A stretch of 64,000 nt of DNA from assembly GCA_964035575.1 (NCBI GenBank), contig OZ037834.1, positions 2,232,001 to 2,296,000 of the forward strand. The letters run 5' to 3'. Positions 11,763 to 24,293 of this stretch are shown piece by piece. A model generated the notes under the pieces. That model saw only the letters and a list, made by a program, of their open reading frames with translations. It was not told where the DNA came from and did no database searches. A program made the position numbers and the translations under genes. The first letter of the stretch is position 1, and each line of letters begins with the position of its first letter. This stretch comes from Rhynchopus sp. YZ270_cl-10. Its lineage: Eukaryota.

Positions 11763-12344
11763 TTAACAAACTTTATCATTTATTATGAACGTGAACAATG
11801 ATGGTACAGGCATTCTTCCTTCAATTTCCCTCGCCCCTTTGAGTCCCCCTTCCCCCCTTTTTTTAAGATCGTGGGCTTCAAGGCAATAAGAGGAAAGGTA
11901 TCAGGCATGGGTAATTCCTGCAGTGGCATCGGTTTTATTGCCTTTCCTGTATGTTGTCTGTGTGTGGTTGGAGTAAAACCGACCCGTTACAGAGTCTTGT
12001 TGGGGCGCCTGTTGGTGGCATTTTTTCTGTATTGCAATAAAATAAAATAAAAAATGACGGCATGGTGCCATCATTTGCCACTCGTAGATGTGTTTAGTAG
12101 AGTTCACAGAGCGGGCTTTGTATTTCAATATCTACTTCTTTTTGGGGTTCGATAACCCCGCGGAGTGTCAGTGCCTCTGCTGTCCGAGAGACGTTTGCAC
12201 TATCAACTTCACTTTTGTGAAGATTGTGTGCATGAGAAGATTCATCTTTTAAGGTTTCTTTCGTTTTGTTGGGGGAGAGGATTCATTTTCAAAAAAAAAA
12301 AGAATTATTTTTTTCGGGCGACTTTTTTTTTCAAAAAAAACTAT

Positions 12345-12703
12345 GGGAAGGCTCGTTTTTCCATTTAATGTTACAAAGTAACAATAAAGGGGGGGGAGGG
12401 GGTCCGACCGAAATCCGGCGAAAAAACTTTTTTTTTTGTAACAATGGCGGGAAAAAGTGGCTTTTTCCAACAACAAGAACTTGTCCATTTCGGCAGATTG
12501 ACCCCACCACAGTGCGGACGGATTCCGGAAATGCAAATGCGGGTGTTTTCGGATGTGCACGTCCACTGCGCCTTGTTGTTACAATAAATGAAAATTCGGA
12601 AAAACGGTTTTTCCGTGTAACATAGGGGGTGGGGAGGGGGGGGTCACCGGGAAAAATGGTTTATTGTTACTTTGTAACATTAAAAGGAAAAACGAGCCTT
12701 CCC
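12345..12703. mobile_element. PIF/Harbinger (Tourist)-like MITE, 359 bp
   Basis: ~44-bp TIRs GGGAAGGCTCGTTTT...TTAATGTTACAAAGTAACAATAAA / TTTATTGTTACTTTGTAACATTAA...AAAACGAGCCTTCCC; 3-bp TSD TAT. Confidence 0.88.
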
Positions 12704-12908
12704 TATCTTTTTTTTCAAACGATCTTAAAAATGAACTTAGACATTCATCATCAACCTTTTGCAGAGAATATGAATTTACACCTCCCCCCCTGCATTTTCC
12801 GCAGGTATAAAGAACTCCAGGGCAAAAACGTTAAACAAAACCTATCCTCTGGTAGGCCAATTTGTCGAAACCAAAAAAGAAAAGAAAAATGTCCTCTCAC
12901 GATGTAAA

Positions 12909-13557
12909 CCATCTGATTTGGTCTGATTTTTTTTTTTTTTGTGGAGTTTTGGTAGAGTTTGGGTGGGGTTTTAAGCATCACCAAAAACTCCTCCAAAAAA
13001 ATTCCACCCAAAATTTTCAGGCAATCATGATGGGCAAAAACGATTTCTGATACCATTTTATACAAATTTCCTCCATTTTTTCGTAATGTGTGCTCCTCCT
13101 CTCTCTCTCTCTCTGCCAAAACCTGGGAAAAAAAAAAAACAGCTTTGGCCCCCAAAAGGGGAGGGACACAAAAAAAAAAGCCACGAAAAAAAAATACCTC
13201 TCCAGGAAGAAAAATGCCATCAGAAGTCAGAATACTATATAAGTCTGGGATTTTTTTTTCTCTCCCAAACACAATTTATTTCGTTTATATCCCCAATGCC
13301 CTACGTCCGCTCCGATGAACCGGTGAGGCGTTTTGCAACCTTCTCTTTCTATGTTATGTTCCCCCTTCCCAACACCAAGTATTTCTTTTTCTAATGTGAT
13401 GTGTGTGTATGGAATCTTATTCAAGTCTTTTTTCTTTATCCACCAGATTTTTTTTTTCCTCCTGAATTTGGGTAAATTTTGGTTAAAAGTGATTTTATTA
13501 CCACCAAACTTCACTAAGCTCTGCCAAAATTTCAGGCAAAAAAGAAAAATCAGGTGG
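12909..13557. mobile_element. Degenerate MITE sharing termini with the 8476-8634 element
   Basis: Termini ccatctgattt / aaatcaggtgg plus an inner inverted match (ttttggtagagttt / aagctctgccaaaa); no TSD. Confidence 0.45.
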
Positions 13558-16500
13558 ATTGTGTGCTTGGGGAAGATTCATATTTCAAGATACAGTGACC
13601 CAAGAAAAACATAGGAGGGTTAACAAGCTATACAGAAGAGATTTTTCAAACCACAAAATGGATTGTAGGACTACGTTGGGTGTCCACCCCCCCGGTACAG
13701 CCGGTCAGGCACCAAAGGTACACTGTTCACGAGAGGGCTTTGTATTTCAACTCTACTTTTTTTTCACCTATCCAATGTTTCTTGGATTCACTGTATTTTA
13801 TAGCGTATTCCGATTTGTTTTATTGTTTTCTTTTTTCTTTTCTTTCTTTTTGGTAGCTTTTTTTTTTGAATGCGAATGCCGATTCTTTCAGTGCCTGCGT
13901 TCGCATGGTTTTCCTATGCGGCGCTTTGTACGTTTGAACCTACATTTTATTATATTTCTTACTCTCAAAAGGCGGTGGCTCAACTGGTGTGTTGGCCCCA
14001 CTCCCTATTTCTTTTATTTTTCTTATTTTTCTTATTTTTTTACGATCTTTTTGGCAAAGATGTACAGACCCTATTCAGGGCCCTTAGTCGTGGTCGAATC
14101 CATTTCTTTCCTCTCCACAGTAGGCCTTTTAGGGGAGAAATTGTTTTGTGTCAAGAATCCGTCCAAATACTCCGCGATGGTATTTCGCTTACAATGTTTT
14201 GGCTTTTTTTTTCCACAATTCATTTCCGCTTTTTGGCCTTCTTTTTTTTGCTTTGGGATATTTCCTCGTTCCCGTGCTGTGGTAACTCCACGAAGGAAAG
14301 CAGATATATTCAGCGTGAGACTTCCCATAGCTTCATGGAGTGGTGGTTCATGTAGGTCCATTATTTTTTTTTTTGATGTAAACGACGAAATTGGATCTAG
14401 CAACTGCATAGTTGGGGGGGTACACACCCAGTTGTACCGGGTCATTACCAAAAGGTACACTGTTTCATGAGAGGGCTTTTTGTGTTTCAAGTCAACCTTT
14501 TTTTTCTCTACATGCAGTTTATTGAAGACCCCTTATGTTGATCGTTATGCATCTTTTCGCTTTTTTCGCTTTTTTTTTGCTTTGACAGTGTGTACAGAGG
14601 GGTACATTCATTTTTCAAGTTTTATTTGTTGACTCGTAAGGATATGGGTGTCGTGACGACGTGATGTCGTCATATTGAGTGAGCGCCCTCCCGCCATGAC
14701 CTCATGGCAACGTAGTGTATTTTTGCATCGTCATGTGATGTTATTGCGAGTCGAAATGTGTGTTCAAAAGAGAGCTGTTTTGAGATCAGAGTTTTCCTTC
14801 TCTGACAGTTTCTTCAGGATGGTATGGGAAGTGGCCTTCTCAACACCTCAATGATTGATTTTGGGTGATCTTTTTTCTTTTTTCCAAAAATTTTAAATGG
14901 TACAACAAAAAAAACACCGTTGTTTTGTACCTCATGTGCAATAGGCATTTGGGTTCAAAGGTAGAGAAGAGAGGGCTTCATTCTGACCAAATTTTCTTTT
15001 TCTTGGGGAGGGGGGGTTTTTTTTTTTGACCTGATACATGTACACGGCTATTTTTTTGGCAGTTCACCCCCAGACAAAACAAAAGTGTATAGTACGACAC
15101 CTACGGTGCACTTTTATTACCAAAATTATGAACGAAAACGTACCTGCGCTTCATCTCGGCAGATACGAAACAAAAAACTGCCCACAAAGGAGATAACCCA
15201 ATAAAACCTGTGTATACTGTTAAGATCTGCACCTGCCTTCGTAGATGTGGTCACTTTCCCCCTTCCATTTTGGAGGTGTGGCACGCGAGGGCAAAGGTTT
15301 CCTCTATATTTTCAGGGGGGAGAAAAAAATCACATGCGGTTGTGTCTCGCTGGGACCATCCATATTTCTGCAACAAAAAACAAAACAAAACAAAAACCTT
15401 CAAAAAGGCTTTTTTGAGGTGTTTTGTAATAAAACGTCTTTTTTTTTTGGAGGGGAATTGTATTGTGTAGTGTTGCCGCTTCATTGTTGACCACCCAACT
15501 CCCAGAAGACTGCACTACCACACATTCCACCTTTCACGTGTTCTTTTCTTTTCTGAACAGCCTTTTGCGCTGTTCTTAATTGACTTTTTCTTAACCCCAA
15601 GATGTTATGTGCGTGAACGTGCATTCGTCTTCACTTCTTTTTATTGAGTGTAAATGCCTTGCGTCCCAGAGGCGTTTGCACTATCAATCTTTTATGATAA
15701 ACTGTCACAGAGAGGGCTTTTGTATTTCAAGGTCAATTTTTTTTTTTTGGAGGCCACACCGGTTTTGGTCGCTTGTGGTGGTGGTAGTGTGGTGCTGGCA
15801 TTTTTTTGCTGTCAAGACTGCTGTTGTGGTCTGCGCCTCTGTTGGTAACACATCAGATAATTACCGTATCACGCTACCACCAGCGAACAATACCGGCTGC
15901 CAATAAACCCATTTTTGCAACACATATTTGTGTTAGATTTTTTTTTGTTTTTCGTTGCCTTTATTTGGCCATTCGTGTGGGGTTGGCCGCGTCTATTAGA
16001 CACATTAGACCCCCCCTTGAACTGCATTTCGCTTTCCCACACTTTGTTTTTCGCTTAGTATACAAACAAGGTTGCGTCGCTAAGGGCTTTGTGCCGCCTG
16101 TGTGGAGGTGGGTCAAAGTCTGCGTCATTGAGTACTGTTCTGGATGTGCGGACAACGAGGATGCCGTATTATCTCTTTTTTTTTTTTCAACTTTTTTTTC
16201 TTTCTTTTTGTCTTGTGACTATAGTCCTGATGGCACAACGTGTGGTTTGTTAGGGCTGGCAAGTCTTTTCGTCCAGAGTGCGGACGTTATTGATAGTGTT
16301 TTTTGTTTCTCTCTGTCAACTTCTTTGGTGTTGTTGCTGTGAGAGAAATCTCACACTTTTTTTCTTCTTTATATTTTTGCGTGCCCACTTTGAGAGCCCT
16401 GCTTTTCTGCGCGTTTTTTTTAAAACCAACTTTATCTTTTTCTTTCTCTCTTCACAATTCCCCCCTCCACCCCCCTCCTTTTTTATACGTTAACTTACTC

Positions 16501-16705
16501 GCTTTTTGCTTCAAAACGAACCCCCCTGTTTGGCTTTGTTTTTTATACCACATTGATACCTCTACCCTCCCCAACACAACACCACACACCTCATGCCAGA
16601 TACACCTATTCCCCTGCAGACTGCATTTTGCCCCAAAAAACTCATTTTTTGCATTTTTCGCTCCTTTCTTCGTTCTTCGTTCTTTGGCTTTCAAATTCAC
16701 AAAAT

Positions 16706-17764
16706 ATGGAGTTGTTCTGTACGTTTGGTTCGGGAGAGAGCCAGGTGTTTGATATTTCGAGTGAAGAGACGGTTCAAGACTTGCGACGACGTGCTGCAGC
16801 GCACATCGATGTAGACGATACACGTGTCCACCTCTCCCTTCCGCACGCCACACCGTTCCCACCTGCAGACAACACACCCCTTGCAGACTTACCGCTGACC
16901 AACGGCGACACCGTCACATTGTCACAACGCTTCTGCACGGTGCCTGCACCACATACCTACCCCTGTGGGCTGCATATCACTGCATTGACCTTCACACCAG
17001 ACGCACGCCATATAGTCTGCGGCACGCAAGGTGCGATCATCGCTGTGTACGACACCACCTCAGGGGACAGCCTCTCCTCCACGCCAACCCCGTTGGGCTG
17101 CATACACAGCGTCATTGCAGAAGGCGACGGTAGTATTTATTATGTATCAAAGCGAGGTCTCGGCAGACTCGAGAATGGTGTCAACACCACACTGTACTCC
17201 GGTGCAACGAGAAGCGTGTCGGTTGCGTCTGAAGGGAGGGTAGTGCTTGCGACGCCCTGTGGCATGCGTGTCTTGACGCATGATGGGCAGCTCTGCTTTG
17301 AACGCAGTGCACGCCAGCCGTTGGTGGCAGTGTCGTGCGATGGAGAGAAGGTGGCGGTGGTGGATGAGAGGGTGAGGGTGGTGTCAGTGTTGGGTGAGGA
17401 GCTTCTTGTTGGGGAGGAGGTTGTGCCGTCAGCCTGTGTGTGGGGTGGTGGCCATCTGTTGGTAGCTGTCGCTGGTGAGGTGCGGTTCTACGCAGCCCTG
17501 ACGTTAGTGTGCGAGAGGAGGTTCTTATGTGAAGGGCGTGCCGAGAGGTTGTCGATGTCGCCATGTGGTGGCTGGCTCTTCGCGCTCTGCCGCACACCCG
17601 GCGCAGTCGAGGCAACGTTTCACCAGTATTCGCTTGCCTCAGGTGCAGCGGTGCTCTCTGTCGCGTGCGGTGCACAGCACTGCGTATCACCGTGTGCTAG
17701 CGTTCTCCTCTTCCGACCCCTCCTGACGCCCATGCAGGTAAAGACGTGTCCTTTGTTGCGGTGA
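16706..17764 (+). CDS. Ubiquitin-like domain + WD40-like beta-propeller protein (352 aa)
   Basis: ATG at 16706. MELFCTF...ETVQDLRRRAA...DNTPLADLPLTNGDTVTL fits a ubiquitin fold; ITALTFTPDARHIVCGTQGAIIAVYD is a WD40 blade. Confidence 0.85.
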   Translation: MELFCTFGSGESQVFDISSEETVQDLRRRAAAHIDVDDTRVHLSLPHATPFPPADNTPLADLPLTNGDTVTLSQRFCTVPAPHTYPCGLHITALTFTPDARHIVCGTQGAIIAVYDTTSGDSLSSTPTPLGCIHSVIAEGDGSIYYVSKRGLGRLENGVNTTLYSGATRSVSVASEGRVVLATPCGMRVLTHDGQLCFERSARQPLVAVSCDGEKVAVVDERVRVVSVLGEELLVGEEVVPSACVWGGGHLLVAVAGEVRFYAALTLVCERRFLCEGRAERLSMSPCGGWLFALCRTPGAVEATFHQYSLASGAAVLSVACGAQHCVSPCASVLLFRPLLTPMQVKTCPLLR

Positions 17765-20700
17765 ATTCATCGAGGAAGAGAGATAGGGGAGATGGGGCAG
17801 TGCCTCAAGTTGTCATTGTTGCATTGCCCCAAGAAGAAAATGTGGGTGGTACAGTTTCAACGATAAGATGCGTGTGGCATTGTGTCCAGGAATCAGTACT
17901 GTAGTCTTCTCTGCAGTGCCTCATGGAAGAGGGTGAATCTCATTGCGTTAGACCTTAGCGGAAAAAAAGCGCATGTGATAAAAATTGACGTCTTTGTTCA
18001 ACCTTTTAATTTTAGCTTTCACTTTAATCTCAACTTTTTTTCAGCGTGTGCGTGGTGTTGTGTGTGTGGCGTATTTCTGCGGGGGCTGCAATACGACTGG
18101 GAAAAAAACAATGAAAACAGCTTTTTCGGTTGTTCTGATAGCTCTCGTTCATCTCCTCTCTTAAGCCCCCTTTTTTCCCCCTTTTCATTTCCGTCTTTGT
18201 CCTTTCTCTTCTTTGATTTGAAAGTATATGAAATTAATCATTTCACATCACCCAGTGTGCGTTCCGGTGCGGACACATATAATTTTTATACCCTTTCTTT
18301 CAACTTCGCTTTTCGCAATGGTGGTGTGCACGACAGGCACATGCAACTTACAAGCTTTCTTTTCTTATGACTTTGGCGCCTATGAAGGCAAAAGCCCTAG
18401 GGGCTGTCAAAGGGAATCAGTATTTTTATCCACCCTTTTCCGCTTCACCCTTCCACCCTTGCCCCGCTGTTTTAAATATTTTAGGTGCTTCGATGCTTCT
18501 TGAAGCAATACCGACCTATTAGCGGTAGGCATCTTGAGGCATTGTTGCACCTTTTTCGACTTCTCTTTGTGACTAAGCATGGTTGTTCTGCTTAGCGTCA
18601 ACTTTCTGTATCCCTCAAGGCTGGACGTAGGTGTGCAGTCTACGTTAACGACCTTGTTTAAGTGAAATTGGGGTGGCCAAAGGGGGGCACGGTTTTTGGT
18701 CGCCAGCAGTCACGGGGTTTTTAAAAGTCGACCTGTGACACTTTGCGCACTTTGTAACTTTGTGACTACAGGTTTTCGTCCGAGAACGTGCCCCCCTGGC
18801 CCCCCCATAATCCCCCAGCCCTCCCCCTTTGAGAGTTATCAACGAAACTATAATACAATACTATAATACATTAGCAAAAAGAAAGTGCTTTTCACTGCTG
18901 TGGTGGAGTCACACAAAAAGTGGAAGAATTTTTCTTCAATCAAATCTCTCTCAAATGCTTTCAATTCTGTGAACTGAAAGTATATGAATCTAATTTAATC
19001 AAAGGTGGCTAAGCACTTGGCGGCTTAGGTTCATCTCATGAACTTTTCTTTATTCATTTTTCTTTTGTTTGTTCCCACTTCATTTCATTCACGGGTGACT
19101 AAGCAGACTAAGCAGATGCTTCGGCTCATGCACGTTACCTCGTTTCTATTTTCATTTCTTTCCAAAGGTGGCTAAGCAAGGCTTACCATCACAACTTTTC
19201 TTGATCCTGATCAAGGTGACTAAACACGAGAGACCGGGGTTCAAACCTTTCTTTCCTTTCCTTAGAGTTGATGCACAATTGTACGCCTGTTTGGATAACA
19301 CCGTTATTGACATTTCTATCGATGTGACTGCAGTGTGTTGTGTGCATGAAACTGTGTGTGAACAAGAGAGACCTGGACGCGTGGTCGAAAATTAATGGTG
19401 GTGGCGGCGGTGGGAATAACTCTTGTCCTTTGACTAAGTATCATTTTTTCCCCCCCAGATGTGGAGAACCAGTGCCCCTGCGTCGGCCGATGAACGGTGA
19501 GGCGTTTGCACGTTCAACTTCTCTTTTTTTTTTCAAATGTAAACCACGAAATGGATGTGGGACTGCATGGTTGGGTGTCGGAAATTCAAAGCTTTTAATG
19601 AGAAACAGCTGCTTGGTGATGAGTTAGGGCGTGGGGGTTTCCACGTAGGTTGAACCCCCATATGAGGGGGTGGATGGGGGGTGAAACGTTGCTGTTTGTC
19701 TTAGCCTTGCTGTTCCCTCGGTAAACACACCACAATGGTGGTGGTGTTGGCAACGTCTCTTACGACAACTACCATTTTACCTTACGATCAATGGTACTGT
19801 CGAGGGACTGTGATGTTGCTGAAAAATTGTTCTTCTGTGAATTGTGAAGAAAAAAAATCGTGGCTGCTATCAAGTGATAGTAGTCTATAATCAAACATTT
19901 TTTCTTCTGTGAATTGAAATGCGGTAATTATTGAATTATTTAACTTTTCCTTTTTTGGTCACGAGAGGGCTTTTGTATTTTCAAACTTTTTATCGTGCCC
20001 TCCTCCTCCCTTCTCCCCGGAGGGGAAAAAAATTCCCTTCACCCCAGATCTTCTTTCTCGACATGATTTTCTGATTTTCTTTTTGCAATAATCGATGGTG
20101 CTGATAAAAGTATTTTGCTGCAAAAAATAAAAGAAAAGCACCGGGAGCGGGGGGTGTGCGTCAAGACTCATCTCGAGCATGCATGCAACCTCCATTCCAC
20201 GACTTTACGACTTTACGGATTTATGGATTTCTCCTTCTCAGATGTGTGTGCACGAGGGGATTCATCTTATAAATTTTCTTTTTTCTTGCGGCAATTATAT
20301 CTTTTTTTGCATAACATCTGGTTTATTGCTGAGAAGCTGTCATTGTGATTGGGAGTGTCGGGGTTTATCCCCTCAACCAGATGTTTTGTTTGACCCACAG
20401 CCAACGCTATGTGACATTACACCATCACGAAAAATAAGACCCCTCTGCAGTCTCCACTGCCTTGTAATCTTTCCCAAAAATATCAAAGAAAAAGTCCTTA
20501 GTACAATTGTCTCACGCTTTGTATTCAGTGAATGCAACGTGTATTGATATATTCTTTCCCATCTGCCCTGTAGTGCAGATCTCTTCATTTGTAACTGCTT
20601 TCCTTCTTGTCTTCTTTCATGCAGCAATATATTGGTTTGTGAGCTATTTTTTGTGTGAGGGGCACATTCATCTTACACAACCTTTTTTGTTGCTCATGTT

Positions 20701-21275
20701 TCTAAAGAATTTTTTTTTTTCGCGAGAGTCCACGCCACTGCTTTTATTTTGGGGTATAATTTGCAGAACAAATTTCCCCTCAGAAGGAAAAAAAAAAACA
20801 GTTTTTGCCACCCTTCGTTCTTCCCTCCATTATGAAATCACACATGAGTCCCTGCTGTGTTGAAAAACAAGACAAAAATTCATGCCCCCCGATTTTTCAC
20901 AAAATCCCCCTATAGATTAACAGTGGATATGCAGATGGCCTCATTAAAATCAACCACAATCCACAAAAGACAGCACGGACTCTGAACGTGGTCAGCTTGT
21001 GCTTAAGCAGAACTATTCATGCAGAGGAGAAGCCGCCCACCACAGCCAGAAGATAAGCCCCATGTACAGATGCCTGACATGTACACTCCGTATCTGAACC
21101 AGAAGAAATGTAGACGCGACTATAAAGGATGTACGTCCAGTAGGATAAATGGTAACTCCATTGCGACCCAAATTTATCACCAACCAAAGACACACCACAC
21201 ACCTCCCCCCCTCACCTCTCTCCCCTCCCCCCGAATTTTTGTTTCCTTCCCCAAAAAAACCACAATTTTAGAACA

Positions 21276-22103
21276 ATGCCAAGCGATGTGGAGGCGTTGA
21301 TTCATGCATTTGGCCGAAATATGCATACCAGCACTACTACAGCATCTACCACCAGCGCCGACACAACCACCGCATCACCACACCGCAGACGTGGCGCTGC
21401 TGTCGCATCCGACATCGAAAGCATCGCACGCCAACTCTGTGGCATGCGTCTGGCAGGGGCACCACGTGGTGCGGGGGCTCCGAAAGGGGTGTGGAGGGGG
21501 GCGACACAGACACAGACACAGCCACAGCCACATCACAGCCAGCAGGACCCCAAAAGGTACACCCCATACGCACGGACGGAGGCGTTGGTGTGGCAGAACC
21601 AGCACACAGTGAGCGGTGCGGCGACAGCGATGGCACGGCTGTTGACGCATGAGGTGGAGGTGACCACTGCGAATGGCGCAGTGTTCCATGGCACGCTTGC
21701 GGCATGCGCAACGCGAGAGAGGCAAAGGCGGGCTGGGATTCCGTGCACAGCGCGGGCCCTGCAGGTGACGAACTGCAGGCTGCTGCCTACCTCGGGGGGG
21801 ATGGTGCACAGAGGGCGTGCTGCGAGCAGTCCGTTGGTGGCGGTGTCGCGCATCTTCATGATCGATGAGGTGTCTTCCGTGCAGGCAGCAGTCTCACAAC
21901 GTGGACGAAGCGACGAGAACACTGGAACTGCAGAGGTGCTTCAGGGTCTCGAGGCTTTGAGCCTTGGCAGTAGCGGAGGAGGGGGTGCAGGGGGTGCTGC
22001 TATGGACGTCGAGGCCGGAGCGCCTCAGTGGCCTGTGCAGACGGACAGTGCATGGATGGATTATTTGACAGTCTCGCGTGGATTAGAAGGCTTGAAATGT
22101 TGA
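21276..22103 (+). CDS. Hypothetical protein (275 aa) with a divergent Sm/LSm (ataxin-2 SM-ATX-like) fold
   Basis: GC-rich ORF; ARLLTHEVEVTTANGAVFHGTL fits an Sm1 motif and RIFMIDEVSSV an Sm2-like strand. Confidence 0.65.
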   Translation: MPSDVEALIHAFGRNMHTSTTTASTTSADTTTASPHRRRGAAVASDIESIARQLCGMRLAGAPRGAGAPKGVWRGATQTQTQPQPHHSQQDPKRYTPYARTEALVWQNQHTVSGAATAMARLLTHEVEVTTANGAVFHGTLAACATRERQRRAGIPCTARALQVTNCRLLPTSGGMVHRGRAASSPLVAVSRIFMIDEVSSVQAAVSQRGRSDENTGTAEVLQGLEALSLGSSGGGGAGGAAMDVEAGAPQWPVQTDSAWMDYLTVSRGLEGLKC

Positions 22104-22283
22104 AGTTTTCTGTAGGGTGGAGGGTGGAGGGCCCCGAGGGAGGGGGTTGGGGGGGGTAGGGAAAGTCTCGTAAGTTTTTTGTTTGCACTCCGAGGGGGTT
22201 CGATAACCGGAGTGCAAGAGTGTGCCTTCCTGCGTCGTTTTTTTTTTTGGGCTGTCCAACTTTTATTTTTTGTTACAAATGGT

Positions 22284-23022
22284 CAGGGCGTTCGCCCCGG
22301 GGCGAAAAATATTTTTTTTCGTTAAAAAATTTTTTTCCTGAAAAAATGACGTTTTATTTCGCCCCAGGGCTTCGCCCCACCGGGGCGAAACCCTGTATAA
22401 ATAAATAAATAAATAAATAAAGGGGGAAAAAAAGAGAGAGAGAGAGAGAGATTTCTCCCCACCACCCTGTAGACCCCTCCGGGGGTCGCAGAGGGGTGTC
22501 CACTGTACTCAAAATCATCCGTAAACCCGCCTGCCGTGAGAGGAAGTTTCCCCAGCACTCCCGCTCGCTCCTCAATCCTGCAGTCTGCTGAAGGTGTACC
22601 GTACCCCCTGTTATAGAAGGTGTCACTGCTCGTGTCAACTCTATCTTCAATGGCAGAGAGTTGAAAATAATCAAAATAAGGATGAAGTCTCATATGACGG
22701 ATGCCTCTCTCTTGTACATCTGCTTGATTAAACAACACAAAGAGACCCTCAGTGAGGGGGGATTGATGAAATTCTTCATCGTTTTGCTGGTTTTAGTATC
22801 AGGAAAGTTCAGCTGTAATATCACTTGTGCTGGGGAAGGGATCACGCGCAAATCGCAAATTTTTTTTGACCATTCAGTACCAGGGATTCACCCACGAACT
22901 AACTTCTCTCCGGCGGGAAATTTTTTTGACCTATTTTAAGCACTAGTAAAAAAACGAAAATTTCGGGGTTTTTGGCATTTCGCCACGATCAGGAAAAAAC
23001 GATGGCGATAGCGAACGCCCTG
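22284..23022. mobile_element. Non-autonomous hAT-like DNA transposon, copy 2 (739 bp)
   Basis: Same TIRs as 2643-3382; different 8-bp TSD CAAATGGT (22276-22283 and 23023-23030). Confidence 0.93.
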
Positions 23023-23381
23023 CAAATGGTACACTGTTATGAGGGCTTTTTGTATTTCAAGTCAATTTTTTTTGGCGCAGAGGATGGGGGTTGTGGGGTC
23101 ATGACTTCTCAATTTGGATTAGGGAGGTTAAGGGTCGTCCAGAATGTTGTTACGTAATGTTGGAGGCAGTGAGACGTAGACAATTTTTTTTTTTTTTTGC
23201 ATCTTTTCCGACAATAGTGAGTTCATGTTCATCTAGGTGTTCGGTTCTTTGACGCAGATGCTTCAAAACTCTGGTGGTATCTGAGGCACAAATTTACCCC
23301 ATTTTTTTTTAGAATATAAGTTCGTTCGTTTCAGAAAGGCCTCTTTTTTTTTTTTTTTTTTTTTTTTGCGAGAATTCCAGA

Positions 23382-24233
23382 CAGGCCCCAGCCTAACCAT
23401 CGTTCCATCGTTCTATGTTTTTGGCCATTTTTTTTTTTTTTTTCCATCGTTCCATCGTTTTATCGACCCGGGTACCCTGGTCGATGGGTCGATGGGCCCC
23501 GGTTTGACCCGGGGGTTTTTTGGGATATCATCAACCCGGTAGGGGGTTATGGGGAATTTTTTGAGATACCATCGAGCCGGACTCAATTGGTCAAACGTCG
23601 AAGGAAAAGGAAGCATGCAGCATGGCGAAAGGAAAAAAGTAGCGTACCGTGCGCCTGCGGCGCAATCTTGCAACCCACTCTTCCCATGACATAGTTTGGC
23701 AGTAAAAATGTGCAATTTGAAGCGCATTTTTTTGAAATGTTGCGTACCGTGGCTTCGCCAGAAACTTTTGTTTCTGCAAAATACGTAAGTAAAATTTACG
23801 GAAACTGACGATAATTACCAACGAAAGTGCCATTTTTGCAACATTTTTTTAGGAATGTTGCGTACCGTGGCTTCGCCTGGAACCTTTGGGTGACATGACC
23901 ACCATTTCTTTTGTAAATGTACTGAGGTTACGGATAATTCGTGCACCATTTGTGCCTGGTTCAAATATCAATGAAGTGCCGAACTCCGCCGCTGGATGAC
24001 CGAGGAATTCTCGCATTCCGCCGGAGGCCCCCAACTTGAGCTGGGGTGGGGACCCGGGCGCGCGAAGCGCGCCCGGCTCGACCGAGTTTTGATCTTCTTC
24101 TTCCTGTGACTAGCTTGTCAGCGGAGAAAGCTCGGGAAGCACTAGTAAAAATCACTTTTGTCTCTCTCTTTTTTTTTTTTTTTTAAATAGAACGATGGTT
24201 TTGGCTGAGGTCCGGGAGTTAGGCTGAGGCCTG
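23382..24233. mobile_element. Second non-autonomous hAT-like family (852 bp)
   Basis: 16-bp TIRs CAGGCCCCAGCCTAAC / GTTAGGCTGAGGCCTG (1 mismatch); 8-bp TSD ATTCCAGA (23374-23381 and 24234-24241); subterminal ccatcgtt repeats. Confidence 0.9.
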
Positions 24234-24247
24234 ATTCCAGAATTCTC

Positions 24248-24293
24248 AGAACCAGAATTCAGCCTCGCAAATGCGAGGCTGAATTCTGGTTCT
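24248..24293. repeat. Perfect 22-bp inverted repeat with a 2-nt spacer
   Basis: agaaccagaattcagcctcgca-aa-tgcgaggctgaattctggttct. Confidence 0.92.

Noticed and set aside
13559..14470. 303-aa ORF
   Set aside because: Low-complexity T-rich intergenic DNA containing two module-C repeats.
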